DNA of 64,000 nt from an uncultured Dictyoglomota bacterium. Lineage in GTDB: Bacteria > Dictyoglomota > Dictyoglomia > Dictyoglomales > Dictyoglomaceae. The translations under genes were made by a program, and so were the position numbers. The notes beneath the pieces were generated by a model. It saw only the letters and a program-made list of their open reading frames with translations. It ran no database searches and was not told the origin of the DNA. Positions 54,725 through 62,964 of the stretch are shown piece after piece (the first letter of the stretch is position 1; every line of letters starts with the position of its first letter). The stretch lies in assembly GCA_964654465.1 (NCBI GenBank), contig CAZZIO010000018.1, positions 8,348-72,347 of the forward strand, read 5' to 3'.

Positions 54725-56296
54725 CTACCTCCTTTCAAAGATTCTATAATTTAAGGACAAGAATAAAGAGTCTTTATCTTCTAATTTTTTCAATGTCCTA
54801 TAATCTTCAATAGATAATTTATCCTCATTTAAAAAATTAGATAGATCCTTAAAATTGTTATAGTGTTCATAAAATCTATTAAAACCATATTCTTTGGCTT
54901 GTCCTGTGGTAATTAAAAATGGCCAATCACTACTTTCAAGGAGTAATTTCTCTCTTCCCATTTGATTTAGTACCTTTTCCTTCCATAATGGAACTTTCTG
55001 TTCTTTTACACTTGAAACAATCTCTTCCATAAATTCCTCTATTTCATAAATTTTTTCCCATAATTTATAAGTTTCCTCATTAAGCCACACTTCATGTTTT
55101 CCACCTCTTCCCCATGATGATTCAGGAAGATCAATTCTTTCTTCTGGCTCAAATTTTTCTAATGCTAAGCTTGCGTTTATACTTTTAACCCTTTTACTTT
55201 CATTTAGAAGCTCAAACACTCTCTCAATAAACATGAGTCCCTCAAACCACCAATGTCCAAATAGTTCAGTATCATACATTGCAGTCACAATTCCCTCTTC
55301 TTTTATCTCATTTTCTAAAATACTTACGAAATGTTCAGCATGTTCATAAACTCTACCTTTGGCTAACAATGGATCATAAACATCTTTTTCCCCTAATCCC
55401 TTGGTTTTATCTGTTATTCTCCAGTACTGAATACCTGAAGTATCTGCTTTTTTGTGAAATTCTCTATAAACTCCATCTCCAGGATATCCCCATTCTGCAG
55501 ACCAAACTTGCATACTCGTCTTACTATCTCTTCCAAAAACAACCACATTACTATCGGATACTAAATATGGTTTATAAATACTTCTTTCAGTATTTTTAAT
55601 CTCTACTTCTTTCTTTTTAAAATAAGGATAATCCGAAGGTTCTCCACCAAGGATTGTATGGGTATCAACAAAGAAATACTTAATATCAAAATTCTCTAAA
55701 AATTTTTCAATCCCAGGCTTATAGGCACATTCAGGAAGCCAAATACCCTTAGGAGGTCTGTTAAACTTTCTCAAATATGTCTCTTTACCAATATAAAGCT
55801 GAGCGTATATAGATGAATTCTTTTTTAAAAGAGGCAAATATGCATGAGTTGCAGATGAGGTTATTATATCAAGATATCCTTCCCTCTGAAGATTACCCCA
55901 ATATCCAAGAATATTATATGATATTTTATTCTTAAAAAAATCTAAAATCTCTTCAAAATACTCAATATAAAATTTTGCAACTTCTGATTCTTCCTTATTC
56001 TCCCTCTCAAATAAAACATAATCTTTTTGGGCCATTTCTAACTTATTGTTTATATATTTCTCAGTTTCATAAATCATATAAGAATCCATCATCATCTCAG
56101 ATAGAACTGGAGTAACACCTATGGTTAAATGCCATTCAATACCCTTATCAATTAATCTATCAAAACATATGGAAAGGGGTATATAGGTTTCCAACATAGC
56201 CTCAAAGAACCATTCCTCTCCAAAAGGCCATCTTCCAGCCTTTTTAACATAGGGAAGATGGGAATGAAGCACCAAATTAAAATATCTCTCTACCAT
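54725..56296 (-). CDS. GH57 1,4-alpha-glucan branching enzyme
   Basis: N-terminus FNLVLHSHLPYVKKAGRWPFGEEW plus a helical C-terminal domain (DUF1957-like). The start is set at the ATG at 56296 with a GGAGG RBS. Confidence 0.82.
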   Translation of the reverse strand: MVERYFNLVLHSHLPYVKKAGRWPFGEEWFFEAMLETYIPLSICFDRLIDKGIEWHLTIGVTPVLSEMMMDSYMIYETEKYINNKLEMAQKDYVLFERENKEESEVAKFYIEYFEEILDFFKNKISYNILGYWGNLQREGYLDIITSSATHAYLPLLKKNSSIYAQLYIGKETYLRKFNRPPKGIWLPECAYKPGIEKFLENFDIKYFFVDTHTILGGEPSDYPYFKKKEVEIKNTERSIYKPYLVSDSNVVVFGRDSKTSMQVWSAEWGYPGDGVYREFHKKADTSGIQYWRITDKTKGLGEKDVYDPLLAKGRVYEHAEHFVSILENEIKEEGIVTAMYDTELFGHWWFEGLMFIERVFELLNESKRVKSINASLALEKFEPEERIDLPESSWGRGGKHEVWLNEETYKLWEKIYEIEEFMEEIVSSVKEQKVPLWKEKVLNQMGREKLLLESSDWPFLITTGQAKEYGFNRFYEHYNNFKDLSNFLNEDKLSIEDYRTLKKLEDKDSLFLSLNYRIFERR

Positions 56297-56346
56297 ATTA
56301 ATCCTCCTTATTAACACATGTTAATAATTATATATAAAGGAAGGGG

Positions 56347-56377
56347 GAATTTGGTTCCCCCTTCCTTAACATCCCTA
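56347..56377 (-). terminator. hairpin after the malK-type gene
   Basis: Minus strand AAGGAAGGGGGAA-loop-TTCCCCCTTCCTT. The downstream tract is TATATAT rather than a clean T run. Confidence 0.55.
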
Positions 56378-56399
56378 ATACCCCTTTCCTTAATAATCC

Positions 56400-57512
56400 T
56401 TAAATTATAGCCATCTGAGTAACAGGATCAAAAAGATGCATCTTTCTTAGATCAAACATCACTTTTACATTTTCACCCATCCTTGCCCTTGTTTCTGCAC
56501 TAACTCTTGCTACCACACTTACAGGTCCATTTAATAAATATAAATATACTTCAGTTCCCATAGGTTCTAAAACTTCTACTTTTAGATCTGCTACAGCTTC
56601 TGGTATTAGATCTTCTGTTTTCATAAGAGCCACCTCATATATATGCTCTGGCCTTACTCCCAAAATAACCTTTTTGCCCAGATAGTTTTTGGCATGTTCT
56701 GCCACAAAAGATTGCATATCAGAAGGAATTCCTAATTTGAAACTTCCAAGATTAAGAACTTTAGCATCTTCAGAAAGAGTTGCATCAATGAAATTCATTG
56801 GGGGACTACCTATGAAACCAGCTACAAATACATTATTGGGTTTTTCGTAGACTGTTAAAGGATCATCTACTTGTTGAACCACTCCATCTTTCATAACTAC
56901 AATTCTATCGCCCATTGTCATTGCCTCTGTTTGATCATGAGTCACATATATTGTAGTGACCCCAAGAGTTCTTTGAAGTTTCTTAAGCTCAGCCCTCATT
57001 TGTACTCTTAACTTTGCATCTAAGTTAGATAAAGGCTCGTCCATAAGGAAAACCTTAGGTTCACGAACAATTGCACGACCTAAAGCAACACGCTGTCTTT
57101 GACCACCGGAAAGTTCTTTGGGTTTTCTCTTTAGCAGATTCTCAATACCTAACATCTCAGCAGCTGCTTTAACTCTTCTGTCAATTTCACTCTTTGGATA
57201 TTTTCTAAGTTTTAGACCAAAAGCCATATTATCATAAACAGTCATGTGAGGATAAAGAGCATAGTTCTGAAATACCATTGCTATATCTCTATCTTTGGGG
57301 GGTACATCATTAACTATTCTTCCATCAATATAGATGTTTCCAGATGTTATCTCCTCTAATCCAGCAATCATTCTTAATGTAGTTGTTTTACCACAACCAG
57401 ATGGTCCAACAAGAACAATAAACTCTTTATCCTTGATATCAAGAGACACATTATTAACAGCTATAACATCACCAAATTTTTTTGTTACATTTTCCAATTT
57501 TACCTCTGCCAT
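56400..57512 (-). CDS. sugar ABC transporter ATP-binding protein (MalK/MsmX type)
   Basis: Walker [10 protein letters not shown], signature [14 protein letters not shown], Walker [12 protein letters not shown], and a C-terminal regulatory (TOBE-like) domain. 370 aa. Confidence 0.9.
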   Translation of the reverse strand: MAEVKLENVTKKFGDVIAVNNVSLDIKDKEFIVLVGPSGCGKTTTLRMIAGLEEITSGNIYIDGRIVNDVPPKDRDIAMVFQNYALYPHMTVYDNMAFGLKLRKYPKSEIDRRVKAAAEMLGIENLLKRKPKELSGGQRQRVALGRAIVREPKVFLMDEPLSNLDAKLRVQMRAELKKLQRTLGVTTIYVTHDQTEAMTMGDRIVVMKDGVVQQVDDPLTVYEKPNNVFVAGFIGSPPMNFIDATLSEDAKVLNLGSFKLGIPSDMQSFVAEHAKNYLGKKVILGVRPEHIYEVALMKTEDLIPEAVADLKVEVLEPMGTEVYLYLLNGPVSVVARVSAETRARMGENVKVMFDLRKMHLFDPVTQMAII

Positions 57513-57644
57513 CGCTTCTACCTCCTTAGAGTTCTTAATGATTCATGTTTTAAAGAGCACAAAGAATACTGTGTTTTAATTATATGTACCACCTCCAAGT
57601 ATTATATATTGAAGCGTAGGGTAGGTAACGCGGGTATTCAAAAG

Positions 57645-57721
57645 TGGTGCGCCCGAAGGGATTCGAACCCCCGACACGCGGTTTAGGAAACCGCTGCTCT
57701 GTCCTACTGAGCTACGGGCGC
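57645..57721 (-). tRNA. tRNA-Arg (anticodon CCT)
   Basis: Hand-folded cloverleaf: acceptor GCGCCCG/CGGGCGC, anticodon stem GCGGT/ACCGC, loop TTCCTAA, T loop TTCGAAT, and an encoded CCA. Confidence 0.9.
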
Positions 57722-57813
57722 TTAGGAGTTCGAAAGGTAAAAAAGAATTAAAAAATCTATAAAAAAGATAAAAACCCTTTCTTATCAAATTCCTCTTTAT
57801 TCTCCCCATTATA

Positions 57814-57889
57814 TGGTGCGGACGGAGGGAATCGAACCCCCGACGCAGGGATTTTCAGTCCCTCGCTCTACCGACTGAGCTACGTCCGC
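57814..57889 (-). tRNA. tRNA-Phe (anticodon GAA)
   Basis: Hand-folded cloverleaf: acceptor GCGGACG/CGTCCGC, anticodon stem AGGGA/TCCCT, loop CTGAAAA, T loop TTCGATT, and an encoded CCA. Confidence 0.9.
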
Positions 57890-57901
57890 ACTCTTGGATA
57901 A

Positions 57902-57930
57902 ATTATATCAAATAAACTTATTAAAGACAA
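57902..57930 (-). promoter_or_regulatory. sigma70-like promoter for the tRNA-Phe/tRNA-Arg pair
   Basis: Minus strand TTGTCT, a 17-nt spacer, then TATAAT, ending 12 nt before the tRNA-Phe 5' end. Confidence 0.6.
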
Positions 57931-57940
57931 GGGTTTATAT

Positions 57941-58372
57941 CTATTTGTTATTTATTGGAATAATTAATTTTTGTCCTACCACTAAATAATTAGGATCTTT
58001 TAATTTATTTATTTTGGCCAACTCTTGCCAACTTATTCCATATTTTTGAGCAATTCCAATAATAGTATCTCCTACCTTAACTTCATATATAATCTGGGAT
58101 GGATTTTGTATTTCTGGTTGTGAAGATTCTTTTTCTTTAGTGCTTGATTGAGAGGATGTAGAAGTTACGGTCTTCTGAGCTGTCATTGTATAGGTTTGAG
58201 TATTTGTTACATTTGTTAACGTGTATGTTGGAGTATATACAGAACTTACTGTATTACTCTTTATAGATGTATAAATTGGTCTTTTTTCAAGAGAAAATAG
58301 TTGACTCGTTAAAAAGAGAATTAATAAAAAACTTATACTATAAATTAACAGCTCTCTTAAAAATTTTTTCAT
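57941..58372 (-). CDS. LysM domain protein
   Basis: N-terminal TM/signal segment, a T/S-rich linker, and a C-terminal LysM (YEVKVGDTIIGIAQKYGISWQELAKINKL). Confidence 0.8.
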   Translation of the reverse strand: MKKFLRELLIYSISFLLILFLTSQLFSLEKRPIYTSIKSNTVSSVYTPTYTLTNVTNTQTYTMTAQKTVTSTSSQSSTKEKESSQPEIQNPSQIIYEVKVGDTIIGIAQKYGISWQELAKINKLKDPNYLVVGQKLIIPINNK

Positions 58373-60944
58373 ATATTTTTTCTCCTATTAATTTATAAAT
58401 TGGTAACAAGCTCAATAAAATAACAAAAACAAGATCTTTTAGATCTAAAATCTCTATATTAAAAAATCTTATTCCCCAAGGTGTATATAGTACTAAAAGC
58501 TGGATAATAATTGAAAATGTTATAGCTAAACTTAAATATTTATTTGAGAATAACTCTCCAAAAATCTTTTCTCTTCTCCTTAATGAAAGGCTCAAGGCTT
58601 GGAAAATCTGTGAAAAAACAAGACCAGAAAAAGCCATAGTCCTTGCAAAATTTAAGCTTTTAGCTAACCCAATATTAAATAATATTAATGAAGAGATCCC
58701 TATAAAAATTCCATCAATAACTATCTTTCTCCATAATTCTTTATTAATAATACCTTCTTCTATTCTTCTTGGCTTTCTCATCATAATATCTTTTTCATAG
58801 GGTTCTATTCCTAAAGCTAAGGCTGGAAATCCATCAGTTATCAGATTAATCCAAAGAAGCTCTAAAGGTGTCAAGGGTAAAGGTAAACCTAAAAATATAC
58901 TCATACTTACCACAAAAATCTCACTTAGATTACACGAAAGTAAATAATATGTCACTTTTTTTATGTTATCAAATATTCTTCTTCCTTCTTTAACAGCCTT
59001 TACAATTGTAGCAAAACTATCATCAAGAAGGACAAGGTCTGATGCTCCTCTAGCCACATCGGTTCCTCTCAACCCCATACTCACCCCAATATCTGCCATT
59101 TTTAATGCAGGGGCATCGTTTACACCATCTCCTGTCATTGCAACTATTTCTCCTCTTTCCTTTAACTCCTTTACGATATCCATCTTATGTTCTGGTAAGA
59201 CTCTTGAAAAAATAACTACATTGTCCCAAGATATATTATTTAAACCAAGTCTATTTATATCTTCCCCTGTATAATATAAACTATTTTCCACATCCATTCC
59301 AAGATCTTCTGCTATCTTTTTGGCTGTTAAAAGATAATCGCCTGTTACAATTATAGGACGAATGCCTGCCTTTTTACATTCTTCAATAGCCTCCTTTACC
59401 CCCTCTCGAAGAGGATCCATAAATCCCAAAAGACCTAAAAAAACAAGATCCTTTTCCCAATTATCTTTGTCTATTAAATCTTTAAAGGTTCTCTTTGCTA
59501 CAGCTAAAACCCTTAAACCTTGTTTGGCCAACTCATCCTGAGCCTCTAAAAATTCCTTTTTCTTTTCTTCTGTTAATTCTATTTCTTCACCATTTAGATA
59601 ATAAAACTTACTTTTTCTTAAAATTTCCTCACCAGCTCCTTTTACCGCAAGAAAATATAAATCATCTAATTTATAAAGAACACTTACTCTTTTCCTTTGA
59701 GAATTAAATGGAATTTCATCTACTTTTTCGCAATAATTTAATGGATAAAGCTTCGAATAATGATTATATATTGCCACATCTAATGGGTCACCTATAAGAC
59801 TACCATCATCTTTTTTCTTTACATCGCTTGCTAAAACAGCAGTAAAAAGCAACTCCTTTATATAATCTTTTTCCTTTACAAAATCTTCTTTTTTAATTAT
59901 TTTTCCATCTGGTAAAATTACAGAGACAAGATCCATCTTGTTTTCTGTTAAAGTACCTGTCTTATCAGTACAAATAATAGATGTGGCTCCTAAAGCTTCA
60001 ACAGCAGAAAGTCTCCTCACAATAGCTTTGTTTCTTGCCATCTCTTGTACACCTAATGCAAGAAGAATAGTAATAACTGTAGGAAGACCTTCAGGAATAG
60101 CTGCAACTGCTAAACTTACAGACGTAAAAAACATTTCAAAGGCATTTCTTCTTTGAATAACTCCTATAATAAAAACTAAAAATATGATGGCAAGAATTAC
60201 ATAAGTTAACTGTTTTCCAAGTTTCTCTAATTCTTTCTGAAGAGGAGTTTTTTCTTCTTCTATCTCAGATAGCATACGAGCAATATTTCCAAGTGCTGTA
60301 TTTAAACCTGTTCCTATTACAACACCCTTTCCTTTACCAGAAACTACAGTGGTTCCCTTAAAGCCCATATTAAGTTGATCCCCTAAAGCCATGTCATTAT
60401 CCGCTATAAAATCTGCATTCTTTGTCACTGCCACCGATTCACCGGTTAAAATAGACTCATCAACTTGAAGATTTGAAGTTTCAATCCATCTAACATCTGC
60501 AGGTATTTTCTCTCCTTCTTCTACAAGAACTATATCACCTGTTACTAAGTCCTCTATGTTAATTTCTTTAATCTTACCATCCCTTATAACTTTTACTTTA
60601 GGAGTTATATAAGATTTTAAAGAAGCAAGAGTCTGTTCAGCTTTAAACTCTTGAAAAGCACCTAAAAAAGCATTTATAAGCACAATAATCAAAATAGCTA
60701 TCGCATCCTTTGTCTCTCCTAAAACAAAAGAAATAAAGGTAGCAATAAGAAGTACAATAGTAAGAAATTCCTTAAACTGTCTTAATAAGATACTTATAAA
60801 ACTCTCAGGTGGTTTTTCAGGAATAGTATTTTTACCATACTTCTCTAACCTTTTTCTTGCTTCTTCCTCAGACAGTCCCGCATTAAGATTCACCTCTAAT
60901 TTCTTTAATACTTCCTCCTTAGACATTTTATACCACATGAGCAT
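58338..60944 (-). CDS. P-type ATPase, Ca2+-transporting (P2A-like)
   Basis: Motifs TGES, AIPEGLP, CTDKTGTLT and MTGDGVNDAPALK. The start could instead be the ATG at 60938 (7 nt after GGAGGA). Confidence 0.9.
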   Translation of the reverse strand: MLMWYKMSKEEVLKKLEVNLNAGLSEEEARKRLEKYGKNTIPEKPPESFISILLRQFKEFLTIVLLIATFISFVLGETKDAIAILIIVLINAFLGAFQEFKAEQTLASLKSYITPKVKVIRDGKIKEINIEDLVTGDIVLVEEGEKIPADVRWIETSNLQVDESILTGESVAVTKNADFIADNDMALGDQLNMGFKGTTVVSGKGKGVVIGTGLNTALGNIARMLSEIEEEKTPLQKELEKLGKQLTYVILAIIFLVFIIGVIQRRNAFEMFFTSVSLAVAAIPEGLPTVITILLALGVQEMARNKAIVRRLSAVEALGATSIICTDKTGTLTENKMDLVSVILPDGKIIKKEDFVKEKDYIKELLFTAVLASDVKKKDDGSLIGDPLDVAIYNHYSKLYPLNYCEKVDEIPFNSQRKRVSVLYKLDDLYFLAVKGAGEEILRKSKFYYLNGEEIELTEEKKKEFLEAQDELAKQGLRVLAVAKRTFKDLIDKDNWEKDLVFLGLLGFMDPLREGVKEAIEECKKAGIRPIIVTGDYLLTAKKIAEDLGMDVENSLYYTGEDINRLGLNNISWDNVVIFSRVLPEHKMDIVKELKERGEIVAMTGDGVNDAPALKMADIGVSMGLRGTDVARGASDLVLLDDSFATIVKAVKEGRRIFDNIKKVTYYLLSCNLSEIFVVSMSIFLGLPLPLTPLELLWINLITDGFPALALGIEPYEKDIMMRKPRRIEEGIINKELWRKIVIDGIFIGISSLILFNIGLAKSLNFARTMAFSGLVFSQIFQALSLSLRRREKIFGELFSNKYLSLAITFSIIIQLLVLYTPWGIRFFNIEILDLKDLVFVILLSLLPIYKLIGEKIYEKIFKRAVNL

Positions 60945-60966
60945 TCCTCCATATATAATTCAAATG

Positions 60967-61494
60967 TTAAATATCTACATTAAAAAAATATTTTTTCCAT
61001 CCTTCGTTTTTTTCTTCCTCTAAATATTTAGCTAATCTAAAATAATAAACATGTTTAGGAGCTTTAGGCTCCTTCAAAAGTCTCATATTAGCCTCTTCAA
61101 GAGTCCTATCTCCCTTCTTATGATTACATTCCTTACATGCAGTTACCAAATTTTCCCAAACAGATTTTCCACCAAGCCTTTTAGGTACTACATGATCTAT
61201 TGTTAACTCTCCTCCTTTTTTACCACAATATTGACATGTATAATTATCTCTCAAAAATATCCCTTTTCTTGAAAGCTTGAGTTCTAATCTTGGTCTTTTT
61301 ACATAGTAAAGTAGCCTAATCACAGATGGTATCTCAAGTTCTAAAGTTGCACTTCTTACGACGCCACCATTTGTTTCAAGAGTCTCTGCCTTCTCTTGTA
61401 AAATAAGACTAATTGCCCTCTTAACTCTACATACGTCCAAGGGTTCATAATTACTATTTAATACCAATACCATTTCATTCAAAAGTTCTTCCAT
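60967..61494 (-). CDS. HNH endonuclease family protein
   Basis: CQYCGKKGGELTIDHVVPKRLGG...WENLVTACKECNHKKG (HNH with two CxxC pairs). 175 aa. Confidence 0.85.
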   Translation of the reverse strand: MEELLNEMVLVLNSNYEPLDVCRVKRAISLILQEKAETLETNGGVVRSATLELEIPSVIRLLYYVKRPRLELKLSRKGIFLRDNYTCQYCGKKGGELTIDHVVPKRLGGKSVWENLVTACKECNHKKGDRTLEEANMRLLKEPKAPKHVYYFRLAKYLEEEKNEGWKKYFFNVDI

Positions 61495-61528
61495 GAAAAG
61501 TCACCATTTAGATTATATCATAACTTGT

Positions 61529-62899
61529 TTAGTAAGCACCCTTTCCCAAAAAAACAGCAGGAATAGTTTTAAGAATTATCTTTATATCTAAAAGAAGACT
61601 CCAATTTTGTATGTAATAAAGATCCAATGCTATTCTTCTTGCATAACCCAAATTGCTTCTACCACTAACCTGCCAAAGACCTGTTAAACCAGGCTTTACT
61701 CTAAGGACTTCATCTTTATATTCACCATACTTTTCCAGCTCCTTAAAGGTTACAGGCCTTGGGCCCACAATACTCATTTCTCCTTTCAAAATATTAAAAA
61801 TCTGTGGAATCTCATCTAAACTAAACTTTCTCAAAAATTTACCTATACGTGTTATCCTTGGATCTTTTTTAAGCTTAAATTCTTTTTCAAATTCCTTCTT
61901 TAGCTCTGGATATTTATCTAAAATCTTATCTGCCTCCTTATACATTGTCCTAAATTTCCACAAATAGAATGGCTTACCATATCTACCTACTCTCAGATGC
62001 TTATAAAAGATAGGACCCTCTGAATCCAACTTTATAAGAATAGCAATTATTATAAAAAGTGGAGAAAATACAATTAGCCCTATAGTTCCTAATACTATAT
62101 CTATAATCTCTTTTATATAACCTTGAAATCCTTCTAAATTAGAAATTTCAAGCTCCATAATTGGGATACCACTAATTTCATCAAAAGATATCCTCTTGCT
62201 AAAAAAGAGATAACTTTCCGGCACCATTTTTATATAAACTCCTTTTTTTCTTTTCAAAGATACAAGTCTCAAGATCTCCCCATTATTTAGCCTTTTAGCC
62301 ACTAATATCTCATTAATACCTTTTTGAGAAACTAATTCCTCAATATTACCTATATCCTCAATCACATCTATAACATTATAATTTAAATAAGGATTTTGCT
62401 CCCAAAAAGATTTAATTACTTCTGATATTTCATTTCTCCCTACTATAATTACTTTATTAGAAATTTTGCCTATAGTAGACATCTTTAAAAGAAAAAGAAT
62501 TATCCTTGTAAAAAAGGTTAATATTATTGCCACTCCCCAAGTTAATATAAAAACTAACCTCGAATAAAAAAAATCACGATAAAAGAAAGACAAAGAAGAA
62601 ACCAAAAAGGTACCTATAGTAATAGCACTAAATACTTGTTGAAAAGATAAAAAATTCTTAGATCTATAGACCTTATATATAATTAAAAGTAAAACCCAAG
62701 CAACAAATAAAATTAAGTTAAGGGTAAAATAATATGGAAAAAATTGAGGAATTTCGTTTCTTTCTACATAAAAATATGGAATCTTACTTAACAGGTTAAA
62801 ACGAACAAAATAAGCCAAAGGTAAAGAAAAACTTAATGTTATTAAATCTAATATTACAAGTATAAGTAAAAATAAAGCTTCTCTTCTTTCTTTCTCCAT
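61529..62899 (-). CDS. exopolysaccharide priming polyprenyl glycosylphosphotransferase
   Basis: Multi-TM N-terminus plus a C-terminal bacterial sugar transferase domain (SIVGPRPV, KPGLTGLWQVSGRS). Confidence 0.88.
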   Translation of the reverse strand: MEKERREALFLLILVILDLITLSFSLPLAYFVRFNLLSKIPYFYVERNEIPQFFPYYFTLNLILFVAWVLLLIIYKVYRSKNFLSFQQVFSAITIGTFLVSSLSFFYRDFFYSRLVFILTWGVAIILTFFTRIILFLLKMSTIGKISNKVIIVGRNEISEVIKSFWEQNPYLNYNVIDVIEDIGNIEELVSQKGINEILVAKRLNNGEILRLVSLKRKKGVYIKMVPESYLFFSKRISFDEISGIPIMELEISNLEGFQGYIKEIIDIVLGTIGLIVFSPLFIIIAILIKLDSEGPIFYKHLRVGRYGKPFYLWKFRTMYKEADKILDKYPELKKEFEKEFKLKKDPRITRIGKFLRKFSLDEIPQIFNILKGEMSIVGPRPVTFKELEKYGEYKDEVLRVKPGLTGLWQVSGRSNLGYARRIALDLYYIQNWSLLLDIKIILKTIPAVFLGKGAY

Positions 62900-62901
62900 A
62901 C

Positions 62902-62930
62902 TTGATAAATCTCCCTTTTTGGATTATAAA
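62902..62930 (+). promoter_or_regulatory. candidate promoter for the partial downstream gene
   Basis: TTGATA, a 17-nt spacer, then TATAAA. Confidence 0.4.
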
Positions 62931-62964
62931 AAGATTTATAGAAAATGTCAAAAGGGAGGGAATT

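Noticed and set aside
57576-57809. 77-aa minus-strand ORF between malK and tRNA-Phe.
   Set aside because: It reads straight through tRNA-Arg(CCT) (57645-57721). Its sequence is explained by the tRNA plus spacer.
52577-57889. Possibility that the GH57-malK block bracketed by tRNA genes is a tRNA-targeted genomic island.
   Set aside because: There is no integrase, transposase or phage gene. I could see no direct repeat of a tRNA 3' end. Composition is like the surrounding genome, and the two Arg tRNAs are simply isoacceptors sharing an acceptor stem.
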